The translations under genes and the position numbers were made by a program. Of a stretch of DNA of 64,000 bases, positions 34,791 through 43,660 are shown piece after piece (position 1 is the stretch's first letter; every line of letters begins with the position of its first letter). The notes under the pieces were generated by a model. The model ran no database searches. It was not told where the DNA came from and was given only the letters and a program-made list of their open reading frames with translations. This stretch comes from an uncultured Holophagales bacterium (lineage in GTDB: Bacteria > Acidobacteriota > Thermoanaerobaculia > Multivoradales > UBA5704), in contig CAWJGT010000003.1 in assembly GCA_963842525.1 (NCBI GenBank), positions 160,001 through 224,000 on the forward strand. Direction: 5' to 3'.

Positions 34791-37700
34791 TCAGTGGGAC
34801 GAGGGTACAGCCTGTCCCACCTCCGGGCCGGCTTTCCAGTCCCCCTGCCAGTCTCCCTGGAGGATGAACCCGGCCCAGAACCAGGGGTCGCGCCACCGCC
34901 GCTCCTGCCGCACCGCGAGCTGTGCAGCCCGCAGCGCCGCGGCCGGAGGCAGGCCGTCCGTCCACAAGGCGCGGTAGAAGCGGGTCATGAGCGCGGCCGT
35001 GGCCCGGTCCTCCACGCGCCAGAGGCTCGCCACCACGCGTGGCGCTCCGGCGTACAGGAAGCCGCGGGTGAGGCCCACGAGCCCCTCCCCCCGCGCCTCC
35101 CGGCCGAGGGCGGTCCGGCAGCCGCTGAGCACCACCAGGTCGGCGCCCAGGCGCAGGCCATAGATGTCGCGCAGGTGGAGGAATCCCTCTTCGGGCTGCC
35201 CGTCCGGGCTTACATTCGAGAGTGCCAGGCCGGACAGGGCCGGGTGCTCGGCATCGATCACGCCGTGAGTGGCGAAATGGACGATCCGGTAGCCCGCCAG
35301 CTCACCGCCGAGAACCCGTGTCCGGCTCGCCGAGGCATCGAGCAGCACGAGAGACTGGCCCTGGGGCGCCAGGGCCGCGATCTCCTCGGCCTCCTGCCGG
35401 GAGGCCGGCAGGCGCTCGAAGCGGGCGCCGTCGTCCTCCCGCACCGCCAAGGTGGCGGGGGAGGCGGGTTGGACGCCGGCGAGCCGGGGATCGCGCGCAT
35501 CGAACACCGGGTCCGCCAGGATGGCGATCTGCCGCGGCGCCGGAGCGCGCTCCCGGAGCGTGCGCCGTTGGACTGCGAGAGCCGAAATCGAGGGCACGTA
35601 CACCACCTCGTGGCTGGCGAGGACGGGAACGCCTGACCCCGGCGCCGGCAGGGCTCCGAAGGGGATGTAGTGAAGGGCGCCATCCGCCTCGACGGCCAGG
35701 CGGCGGAAGCGCGCCAATTGGCTGGCCACGGGAGCGAGCAGCAGGCGTCCCAGCTCCGCGGCCGAGCGCGCCTCGCTCTCCCGGTCGGCGGGGTCGAAAG
35801 CGCTCAGCCCTCCATGCAGCCGGCGGGCGGCCTCCTCCAGGACGGCGCGGCCCGGCAGCTCGTAGCTGTCCAGCGAGCCGGCGGTGACCGCCCAGAGAGA
35901 GCTGCGCTCGTCGCCGAGGGCATAGACCAGGAGGAGCGTCTCCGGATCGAGGAGGGCCTGGATCCCGGCAGCGCTCAGGGGGCGGGGATGGGTGAGAGCG
36001 GCCAAGTCGGGATTGCGCTCGCGGATTTCGGCCTCGACGAGATCGAGGTCACGGAGGAGCGCACCCTGGTCATCCTCCAGGGCCGCACGGGTCTTCGGAT
36101 CGCGCTCCCGTAAGGCCCGCTCGGCCTTGGCGCTCAGGCGCTGCTGAAGAGATCTCTGGCGCTCGACCAGGGCCGCGCCGGCGCCGCTGCGGAGGTCGAC
36201 CCCGGCCTCGCCCAGCAGCTCGAGGAGCGTCCGGGCGCGGGCGCGCTCGCTGCTCTCCAGCGCCTGGCGGTCGTACCCAGCCCCGGGATCGGCCCGGTGG
36301 GCCTCCAGGAGGAGATCGCGGTGCAGATCGTAGACGTGGTAGAGGGAGTCCGAGTAGGAGGTGCGGAGGTCCGGAGCGCCGATCCGCGTCCGCACATCTT
36401 CCAGGAGGGCGAGGGCCTCTTCGGTGTGCACGCGGGCTTCGGCGGAGCGGCCCATCCGGCGCTCCAGCTTCGCCAGCTCTTCGAGCGCTCGCAGCTCTTC
36501 GGCTCGATCGTGGACGCGGCCCGCGGCCTCGCGAGCCGCCGTGAGGCTCGCCAGAGCGGCCTGGGTCTCTCCGAGCTCCCCCTGGGCTCTGCCGAGGCTG
36601 CGCCGGGCGTCCGCCTCGCGCGGCAGGTCGCCGGCGGCCTGCAACCGCTCCAGCGCCTGCGTGAGGGCCGCCTTCGCCGCGGCCGGATCGCCCAGCAACT
36701 GCCGGGTCCGGCCCAGATGGCTGAGAGCGATCCCTTCGCCCCGGCGGTCGCCGGTGGCGCGCGCGATCTCCAGCGCCTGGGTCAGGGGATCGAGCGCGCC
36801 GCGAAAATCCTGGAGCGCGATCCGCAGCTCGCCCAGGCTGATGAGCGTGAAGGACTCGCCGGCGCGGTCCCCGACCTCGCGCCAGAGTGCCAGGGCCTGC
36901 TCGTGGCTGGCGAGCGCCTGGGTGTTCTCGCCCAGCCCCCGGTAGAGCGTGCCGAGGTTGCCGAGCACCCGCGCCTGCCACCGGCGGTCCTCCACGGTCC
37001 GGAACACCTCCAGCGCGCGGCCGTACTGGGCGAGGGCTTCCTGAAAGTCGCCCAGCTCGCGCTGGAGCACGCCCAGGTTGTTGAGCGTCCGTGCCTCGCC
37101 GCGCCGGTCGCCGGTCGCCCGCATCCGTTCGAGCGCCTGTCCGTACGCCGCCAGGGCCTCCTCCGGCTCGCCGAGCACATCCCAGGCGCGGCCCAGGCTG
37201 GTGAGCGCGGCCCCTTCGAGAGCCAGCGCTCCCGCCTCCCGGAGCCGCGGCAGCGCGCGCTGGTAGCAGTCGATGCCGGCCCGCAGCTCGCCCCGGGACA
37301 GGTCCATCAGACAGAGGTTGTTCGCCGATCCCGCCTCGCCGTAGAGATCGCCGATTTTCCGCTGGATCGCGTTGGCGTCCGCGAACGACCCCCGCGCCTC
37401 GGCGACATGGCCCAGGAGCCAGAGGTCGAGCCCGATCTCGTTGCGGGTGGCGGCTTCCCAGAGGGACTCGCCGAGCTGCTGCCAGAGCGGCAGGACCTGG
37501 CGGCCGAGCTCCAGCGCCTCCCGCGTCTCGTTCGTCAGGCGGGAGAGAACGGCCAGGGCATAGAGCGTCCGGGCCTCCTCGCGCCGATCGCCCAGGACGC
37601 GCCACAGGGGGAGCGCCTCACGCCAGGCGGTGAGCGCCTTGCGGCGGGCCTCGGCCGATCCCTCGAAGTAGGCGCGCCCCGCCGAGGTCATGGCCCGCTC

Positions 37701-38123
37701 GGCGTCGCGGCGCGTGCGGTCGTCCTCGGCGGCCTGCGGCAGCTCGTCGAGCCGGATCTCGAAGCGCCCCGGCGGCGCCCCTGTCTCGCGAGCGCGCACT
37801 TCGATCCGGTAGCTCCCGGACGCCGCGGGCTCCAGCACCAGCGATTCGGCCCCCTGGCGATCGACCGGATTGTCCACCGCCACCCGCTCGCCATCCGGCC
37901 CGGTGGCCGCCAGGGCCACGTCGATCCCGCGCTGCTCCACGGTGATCCGCCAGACCCTGCCGCCGGCCAGCTCGGCCGTCCAGGTCTGGGCCTCGTCGTC
38001 GGCCAGCTCGCGCGCCACCGGCTGGCCGGGGCGCAGCGCAGCCGGGTCCGGCGCCGCGGCGAGCAGCGAGAGTCCCAGGACCAGCCGGGTCAGCAGACGG
38101 AGCGTAGGCCGGAGCATCGACAT
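34791..38123 (-). CDS. Signal-peptide TPR-CHAT (caspase-like) protease with an N-terminal PPC-like domain
   Basis: VEQRGIDV..GPDG PPC-like motif; many GDRxGEAxxLxxLG TPRs; CHAT dyad motifs HFATHG and LSGCRTALG; ASLWRV; PWFWAGF. Confidence 0.93.
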   Translation of the reverse strand: MSMLRPTLRLLTRLVLGLSLLAAAPDPAALRPGQPVARELADDEAQTWTAELAGGRVWRITVEQRGIDVALAATGPDGERVAVDNPVDRQGAESLVLEPAASGSYRIEVRARETGAPPGRFEIRLDELPQAAEDDRTRRDAERAMTSAGRAYFEGSAEARRKALTAWREALPLWRVLGDRREEARTLYALAVLSRLTNETREALELGRQVLPLWQQLGESLWEAATRNEIGLDLWLLGHVAEARGSFADANAIQRKIGDLYGEAGSANNLCLMDLSRGELRAGIDCYQRALPRLREAGALALEGAALTSLGRAWDVLGEPEEALAAYGQALERMRATGDRRGEARTLNNLGVLQRELGDFQEALAQYGRALEVFRTVEDRRWQARVLGNLGTLYRGLGENTQALASHEQALALWREVGDRAGESFTLISLGELRIALQDFRGALDPLTQALEIARATGDRRGEGIALSHLGRTRQLLGDPAAAKAALTQALERLQAAGDLPREADARRSLGRAQGELGETQAALASLTAAREAAGRVHDRAEELRALEELAKLERRMGRSAEARVHTEEALALLEDVRTRIGAPDLRTSYSDSLYHVYDLHRDLLLEAHRADPGAGYDRQALESSERARARTLLELLGEAGVDLRSGAGAALVERQRSLQQRLSAKAERALRERDPKTRAALEDDQGALLRDLDLVEAEIRERNPDLAALTHPRPLSAAGIQALLDPETLLLVYALGDERSSLWAVTAGSLDSYELPGRAVLEEAARRLHGGLSAFDPADRESEARSAAELGRLLLAPVASQLARFRRLAVEADGALHYIPFGALPAPGSGVPVLASHEVVYVPSISALAVQRRTLRERAPAPRQIAILADPVFDARDPRLAGVQPASPATLAVREDDGARFERLPASRQEAEEIAALAPQGQSLVLLDASASRTRVLGGELAGYRIVHFATHGVIDAEHPALSGLALSNVSPDGQPEEGFLHLRDIYGLRLGADLVVLSGCRTALGREARGEGLVGLTRGFLYAGAPRVVASLWRVEDRATAALMTRFYRALWTDGLPPAAALRAAQLAVRQERRWRDPWFWAGFILQGDWQGDWKAGPEVGQAVPSSH

Positions 38124-38384
38124 GTGGGCCTGGAAAGCCGGAGCACCAGGGCAGCTCGGTTCAGGATCGGGCCGATGATACACCGGACCGCCTGGTAGAA
38201 GGCTTCCGCCAGACGACACGTGGCAGTGAAGCTGTGGCTGAAGCCCCTGGCTCTCCGCCCGTGGCGGAGCCGCAAAAGCAGTGGCGGAGAGCCAGCGCCA
38301 CCTGTCTTTGGCTCAGCGCCCATGGTCGGTCGGCCTCCGGGGCCGGGAGTGGTATAGCCTCTCACCCGCCGATCGCGCGACGCA

Positions 38385-39152
38385 GTGGAGTTTCGGAGGG
38401 CCTGGGACGCCCGCGGGCTCGGCGGGGAGGCGCGAGCCTGGGTGGATCGCTGCCGCGAGGCCCTCGAAGACCGGGACGGCCAGCCGCCGGACTTCGAGAC
38501 GCCGGCTGGTGCGCTGTGGTTGTTCATGGTGGTATCCCAAGCCAATCGATCTCTTCAGGCTGGTGCTTTGGCGGAGGCCGAAGCGGAGTACGACGCGATC
38601 CGGCTAACGCTCGAGAAATCCAGCAGCGAGCAGGCAAAGAGGCGCCTCGCCGTGGCCTACCATCAGCTCGGGAGGGTGGCCGAGGATCATGGAGATCTGC
38701 CGGGAGACGAGTCGTGGTACCGCAAGTCACTGGAGATCACAGAGGCGCTGGGGGATCAGCCTGCGATGTCTATGTCCTACCATCAACTCGGGAGCGTGGC
38801 CGAGGCTCGCGGGGATCTTGAGGGAGCCGAGTCGTGGTACCGCAAGTCCCTGGAGATCGAAGAGTCGCTGGGGGATCGACCCGGTATGGCCTTCACCTAT
38901 GGGCAACTCGGCCTTCTGGCGCTAGCCCGTGGGGACACGACAGGAGCCCTGGACTGGACGGTCCGTTGCGTGGCCCTGTTCCCCGAGTTCCCCCACCCGG
39001 CGACAGGCCCGGGGCCCCACAACCTCGCCCGACTCACGGCCAACTTAGGCATGCCGGCCCTCGAAGCGAGCTGGCAGCGCTGCACGGGCGGACCGTTGCC
39101 CGAGCCGGTATGGGCGTGGGTGGCGGCGCGATTGGAGAAAAGTTCCGCCTGA
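38385..39152 (+). pseudogene. C-terminal TPR fragment of a larger NTPase/TPR-type protein (5'-truncated)
   Basis: YHQLGxVAExRGDL..AESWYRKSLEI TPRs; begins abruptly with no RBS. Confidence 0.6.
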
Positions 39153-39293
39153 AGCGCCACCAAAGTATTGACAGGCACGACCGGATCAATAGAATCGCGG
39201 TAAGCAGTCAGAAGATCCCGGTCGATCGCAGCTCGCAGGCTGGCCTTTTTCCGGCCAACGAGACGGCGAAACCTCCTGAATTGCCACGTCGCC

Positions 39294-39941
39294 AGCCCTG
39301 AAGGGGCGACAGCATAGAGCCTGGGGCGCAAGCCCCAGGAAAGGGAGATCCCCCACAAACCCAAGCCCTGAAAGGGCGGTAGCAGACCATGGCCAGCAGC
39401 CTCACCAATCTCCTCTACCACATCGTCTTTTCCACCAAGGAACGCGTCCCTTTGATCCATGACGATCTTCGGGAATCCCTCTACGAATACGTCGGTGGAA
39501 TTCTTCGTGCCGAACGGAGCATCCTTCTTGAGATTGGCGGCGTGGCGGACCATGTCCACCTGCTGGCGAAGTTGAAGGCGGACCTCGCGGTCGCGTCGGC
39601 GGTGCGACTCATCAAGTCAAATTCCACCGGCTGGATCAACGACAACCGAAAGATCCAAGGACGATTCGAATGGCAGTCTGGATACTTCGCGGTCTCCGTG
39701 AGCGAGTCCCGTGTGGCGGAGGTCCGCCGGTATATACAGACGCAGCAGGAGCATCATGCGCGGATCTCATTTCGGGATGAATTGATCAAGTTGCTCAAGA
39801 AGCACCGCATTGCGTTTGATGAGAAATATTTTTTGGGTTGATGGGGCGGTCTGCTGTCGCCCCTTCGGGGCTTTTCGATGTGTGTGGGGCGTGTTCCTGG
39901 GGCTTGCGCCCCAGGCTATATGCTGACGCCCCTTCGGGGCT
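39294..39941. mobile_element. IS200/RAYT-like element: HUH transposase between ~95-bp inverted REP-like arms (39294-39388 and 39848-39941)
   Basis: Left AGCCCTGAAGGGGCGACAGCATAGAGCCTGGGGCGCAAGCCCCAGGAA...GCAGACC is the near reverse complement of the right arm. Confidence 0.85.
39389..39841 (+). CDS. tnpA: IS200/IS605-family Y1 transposase
   Basis: YHIVFSTKER, DHVHLL (HUH), WQSGY, VRRYIQTQQEHH. Confidence 0.93.
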   Translation: MASSLTNLLYHIVFSTKERVPLIHDDLRESLYEYVGGILRAERSILLEIGGVADHVHLLAKLKADLAVASAVRLIKSNSTGWINDNRKIQGRFEWQSGYFAVSVSESRVAEVRRYIQTQQEHHARISFRDELIKLLKKHRIAFDEKYFLG

Positions 39942-39978
39942 GGCTTTCCGGCGGTCTTGTCGCGATAGACTCCTCCTC

Positions 39979-40437
39979 ATGCCCTCCAGGTCCGCTGCCA
40001 AAGGCTGCATCTTCTGCTCGATCGTCCGCGGCGCAACCGAGGCGCTCCGGGTGTACGAGGACGAGCTGACGGTCGTCTTCCTCGACCACCGGCCTCTGCT
40101 GCCCGGGCACTGCCTGATCGTCCCGCGGACCCATGTCGAGACCCTGCCGGAGCTGCCGGACGGGCTCGTGGCGCCCCTGTTCGGCACGGCCCGCCTCCTC
40201 TGCCAGGCCGTGGAGAAGGGGATGGAGGCGGAGGGGTCGTTCGTGGCGGTCAACAACAAGATCAGCCAGAGCGTGCCGCACCTGCACGTCCACGTGGTCC
40301 CCCGCTGGCAGAAGGACGGGCTGTTCTCGGCGAAGCTGATCTGGAAGCGGAGCCCCTACAAGGACGAGGCGGAGCGGCGGGCCGTCCAGGCGAAGATCCG
40401 GCGCGCGGCTGAAGAGATCGCCGGAGAGGAGGCCTAG
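39979..40437 (+). CDS. HIT family hydrolase
   Basis: CIFC, PGHCLIVPRTH, SQSVPHLHVHVVPR. Confidence 0.92.
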   Translation: MPSRSAAKGCIFCSIVRGATEALRVYEDELTVVFLDHRPLLPGHCLIVPRTHVETLPELPDGLVAPLFGTARLLCQAVEKGMEAEGSFVAVNNKISQSVPHLHVHVVPRWQKDGLFSAKLIWKRSPYKDEAERRAVQAKIRRAAEEIAGEEA

Positions 40438-40438
40438 C

Positions 40439-43264
40439 GTGGCCGCGGAGCCCAGGAAGACGCCGGACGCCGAGCCCCCGGCGCTCTCGCCCGCGGCGGT
40501 GCTCGGTGTGATCGAGGCGGTGGTGCGCGGGCTCCATCCGCAGCGGCGGGACCTGCGCCTGTCCCTGGACGCGTCCCTGGAACGGGATCTCGGGCTCGAC
40601 AGCCTGGGACGCGTCGAGCTGGTGCAGCGCCTGGAGCGGGCTTTCGGCGTGACGCTCCCCGCAGGGATTCTCGGCTCTGCGGAGACCCCGCGCGACCTCC
40701 TCCAGGCCCTGGCGGCCGGCGGCGCATCCGGCTTCGGCTTCCGGGAGGACCTGCTGGAGCTCGGAGCCGGCGAGCCGGCGCCGGAGCGCACGCGGACGCT
40801 TCTCGAGGTGCTGGACTGGCACGTCCAGCGGCACCCGCAGCGCCGGCACGTCCTCTTCTATCCCGGCGAGGGCGAGCCGGAGGAGCTGACCTACGGCGAC
40901 CTCGACCGGCGGGCCCGCGCCGTGGCCGCCGGTCTGCGGGCGCTCGGCGTTCAGCCGCGGCAGACGGTCGGGCTGATGCTCCCCACGGGCCTCGACTACT
41001 TCGCGGCCTTCCTGGGCACGCAGCTCGCGGGCGGCATCCCGGTCCCTCTCTATCCGCCGGCCCGCCGCAGCCAGATCGAGGACCATCTCCGCCGCCAGGC
41101 CGGCATCCTCGCCACCGCGGAGTCCTGCCTCCTCGTCACCTTCGACGAGGTCCTCCCGCTCGCCCGCCTGTTGCGCGCCCAGCTCCCCGAGCTGCGCCGG
41201 GTGATCACGGTCGAGGAGCTGTCGTCCCTCTCCAGCCGGGACGGGAAAGCTCAGGTCGCCGAGGTGGCGGAGGAGGACCTCGCCTTCCTCCAGTTCACCT
41301 CCGGGAGCACGGGCAGCCCGAAGGGAGTGATGCTGACCCACGCCAACCTGCTGGCGAACCTGCGGGCCATCGCCAAGGGGGCGGACCTGCGGGGGGACGA
41401 CGTGGTGGTGAGCTGGCTGCCGCTCTACCACGACATGGGGCTCATCGGCTCGTGGATGGCGCCGCTCTACTTCGGCATGCCCCTGATCCTGATGTCGCCG
41501 CTGACCTTCCTCGCCCGGCCGGCGCGCTGGCTCCAGGCCATCCACCATCACCGGGCGACCCTGTCGCCGGCCCCCAACTTCGCCTATGAGCTGTGCGCGA
41601 GGAAGGTCGAGGACGCCGAGATCGAGGGTCTCGATCTTTCCTCGTGGCGCTTCGCCCTGAACGGCGCGGAGCCGGTGAGCCCGGAGGCGATGCGGCGCTT
41701 TTCCGAGCGCTTCGCCCCCTATGGGTTCGATCCGCGGGTCATGGCGCCGGTCTACGGCCTGGCGGAATGCTCGCTGGCGCTGGCCTTCCCGCCGCTGGGG
41801 CGCGGGCCGCTGGTGGACGCGGTGGACCGCGAGACGTTCCAGCGCTCCGGCCGGGCCGTGCCGACGGACAATCCGCAGGGCCTGCGGTTCGTCTCGTGCG
41901 GCCTGCCTCTCTCCGGCCACGAGGTGCGCATCGTCGACGAATCCGGCCGCGAGGTGGAGGAGCGGCAGGAGGGGCGGCTCGAATTCTGTGGCCCGTCGGT
42001 CACCAGCGGCTATTACCGCAATCCCGAGGCGACCCGGAAGCTGATCCGCGGCGAGTGGATCGACTCGGGCGACCGCGCCTATGTGGCCGCGGGGGAGATC
42101 TACATCACCGGCCGCGTCAAGGACATCGTCATCCGCGCCGGCCGCAACCTCTATCCCCAGGAGCTGGAGGAGGCGGTCGGCGAGATCCCCGGGGTGCGCA
42201 AGGGGTGTGTGGCCGTCTTCGGCACATCCGACCCGGCCACGGGGACCGAGCGGCTGGTCATCCTCGCCGAGACCCGCGAGCGCGACGCGGCCGCGCTGGA
42301 GAAGCTGCGCGAGGCGATCCAGGACCGCGCGGTCGACCTCCTGGGCGGGCCGGCCGACGAAATCGTCCTGGCGCCGCCGCATGCCGTGCCCAAGACCTCG
42401 AGCGGCAAGATCCGCCGGGCCGCGAGCCGCGACCTGTACGAGCAGGGGCGGATCGGCCGGCGCGGCAGCTCGGTCGGCTGGCAGCTCGCCAGGCTCGCCG
42501 GCACGGCGGCGAGGGCGCAGGCCGGCCGCTGGCTGCGCTCCGCGGGGGACCTTCTCTACGCCGGCTGGTTCTGGACCGTCTTCGTCCTGGCGGCCCTGCC
42601 GGTCTGGACCGCCCTGGCGCTGACGCCCGGGACGGCGCGCCGGCGGCGGCTGGCCCGTTGGGTCGCCCGCGTCCTCGCGTTCCTCACCGGGACCCGGCTG
42701 CGGACCGAGGGGCTCAGTAACCTCTCCAATGGGCTCTCCGGTGGGCCGCGGATCGTGGCCTCGAACCACCAGAGCTATCTCGATGCCTTCGTCCTGACCG
42801 CCGTCCTGCCGCCCGACTTCGGCTATGTGGTCAAGCGCGAGCTGGAAGGGAATGTCGTCGCGCGGGTCCTGCTGCGCGGGTTGGGCGCGGTCTTCGTCGA
42901 GCGATTCGATCCCGCGGTCGGAATGGAGGAGACCCGCAAGGCGGTGGATGCGGTGCGCGGCGGGGATTCACTGGTGATCTTCCCCGAGGGGACCTTCCAT
43001 CGCGCCCCAGGGCTCCTGCCGTTCCGCCTCGGCGCCTTCGTGATGGCGGCCGAGGCGGGCGTGCCGGTCGTCCCGGTGACGATCCGCGGCACCCGTTCCA
43101 AGATGCGCAGCGGCTCCTGGTTCCCCCGGCGGGGCGTGGTGACGGTCACAGTCGCGCCGCCGGTCCAGCCCACGGGGACCGGCTGGGACGCCGCCCGCAA
43201 GCTGCGCGACGCCGTCCGGGCCGAGATCCTCACCCGCTGCGGCGAGCCGGACGCGGGCGGTTGA
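40439..43264 (+). CDS. ACP + fatty acyl-AMP ligase-like adenylation domain + PlsC-type acyltransferase fusion
   Basis: LGLDSLGRVEL (Ppant Ser), QFTSGSTGSPKG, SWLPLYHDMGLIG, YGLAE, KTSSGK, NHQSYLD, FPEGT. Confidence 0.92.
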   Translation: MAAEPRKTPDAEPPALSPAAVLGVIEAVVRGLHPQRRDLRLSLDASLERDLGLDSLGRVELVQRLERAFGVTLPAGILGSAETPRDLLQALAAGGASGFGFREDLLELGAGEPAPERTRTLLEVLDWHVQRHPQRRHVLFYPGEGEPEELTYGDLDRRARAVAAGLRALGVQPRQTVGLMLPTGLDYFAAFLGTQLAGGIPVPLYPPARRSQIEDHLRRQAGILATAESCLLVTFDEVLPLARLLRAQLPELRRVITVEELSSLSSRDGKAQVAEVAEEDLAFLQFTSGSTGSPKGVMLTHANLLANLRAIAKGADLRGDDVVVSWLPLYHDMGLIGSWMAPLYFGMPLILMSPLTFLARPARWLQAIHHHRATLSPAPNFAYELCARKVEDAEIEGLDLSSWRFALNGAEPVSPEAMRRFSERFAPYGFDPRVMAPVYGLAECSLALAFPPLGRGPLVDAVDRETFQRSGRAVPTDNPQGLRFVSCGLPLSGHEVRIVDESGREVEERQEGRLEFCGPSVTSGYYRNPEATRKLIRGEWIDSGDRAYVAAGEIYITGRVKDIVIRAGRNLYPQELEEAVGEIPGVRKGCVAVFGTSDPATGTERLVILAETRERDAAALEKLREAIQDRAVDLLGGPADEIVLAPPHAVPKTSSGKIRRAASRDLYEQGRIGRRGSSVGWQLARLAGTAARAQAGRWLRSAGDLLYAGWFWTVFVLAALPVWTALALTPGTARRRRLARWVARVLAFLTGTRLRTEGLSNLSNGLSGGPRIVASNHQSYLDAFVLTAVLPPDFGYVVKRELEGNVVARVLLRGLGAVFVERFDPAVGMEETRKAVDAVRGGDSLVIFPEGTFHRAPGLLPFRLGAFVMAAEAGVPVVPVTIRGTRSKMRSGSWFPRRGVVTVTVAPPVQPTGTGWDAARKLRDAVRAEILTRCGEPDAGG

Positions 43265-43296
43265 GAGGTGTCTCGAAAGTCTCCGCGAGGTCGCAG

Positions 43297-43452
43297 CCGA
43301 GGGCCCTCACCCCCGGCCCCTCTCCCATCCGCACTCACACCCGCCCGGGAGAGGGGAGCCCCCCACCCAGGAGCCTCCTGATCATGCATTTCTCCCCTCT
43401 CCCGGGGGAAGGGAGTGCGGATGGGATAGGGGCCGGGGGTGAGGGCCCTCGG
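43297..43452. repeat. Full-length (~155 bp) CCCTCACCCC-family inverted-repeat element (MITE/REPIN-like)
   Basis: GAGGGCCCTCACCCCCGGCCCCTCTCCCATCCGCACTC...GAGTGCGGATGGGATAGGGGCCGGGGGTGAGGGCCCTC. Confidence 0.85.
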
Positions 43453-43660
43453 CGACGCCCCCAGCAGAGTTTTCCAAACACCCTCTGAGAGGCGGGCTCA
43501 GCCGAGCCCGGACGGTGCGAAGATCAGCAAGAAGGTGAACAAGCGGGATGATGCGTGCGGTGTTTCGCGTCATGGCAGCACCTCCGACACTTCCATTGTG
43601 CGCTCCGGGCGCCGCGACTGCAACGCGCACCCGGTCTAAAATGCTCCGAGAGAACTCGCC

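Noticed and set aside
34791-38123. Type III-E CRISPR (Craspase) locus
   Set aside because: No Cas7-11, array or Csx30/31-like genes recognised; this CHAT has a signal peptide
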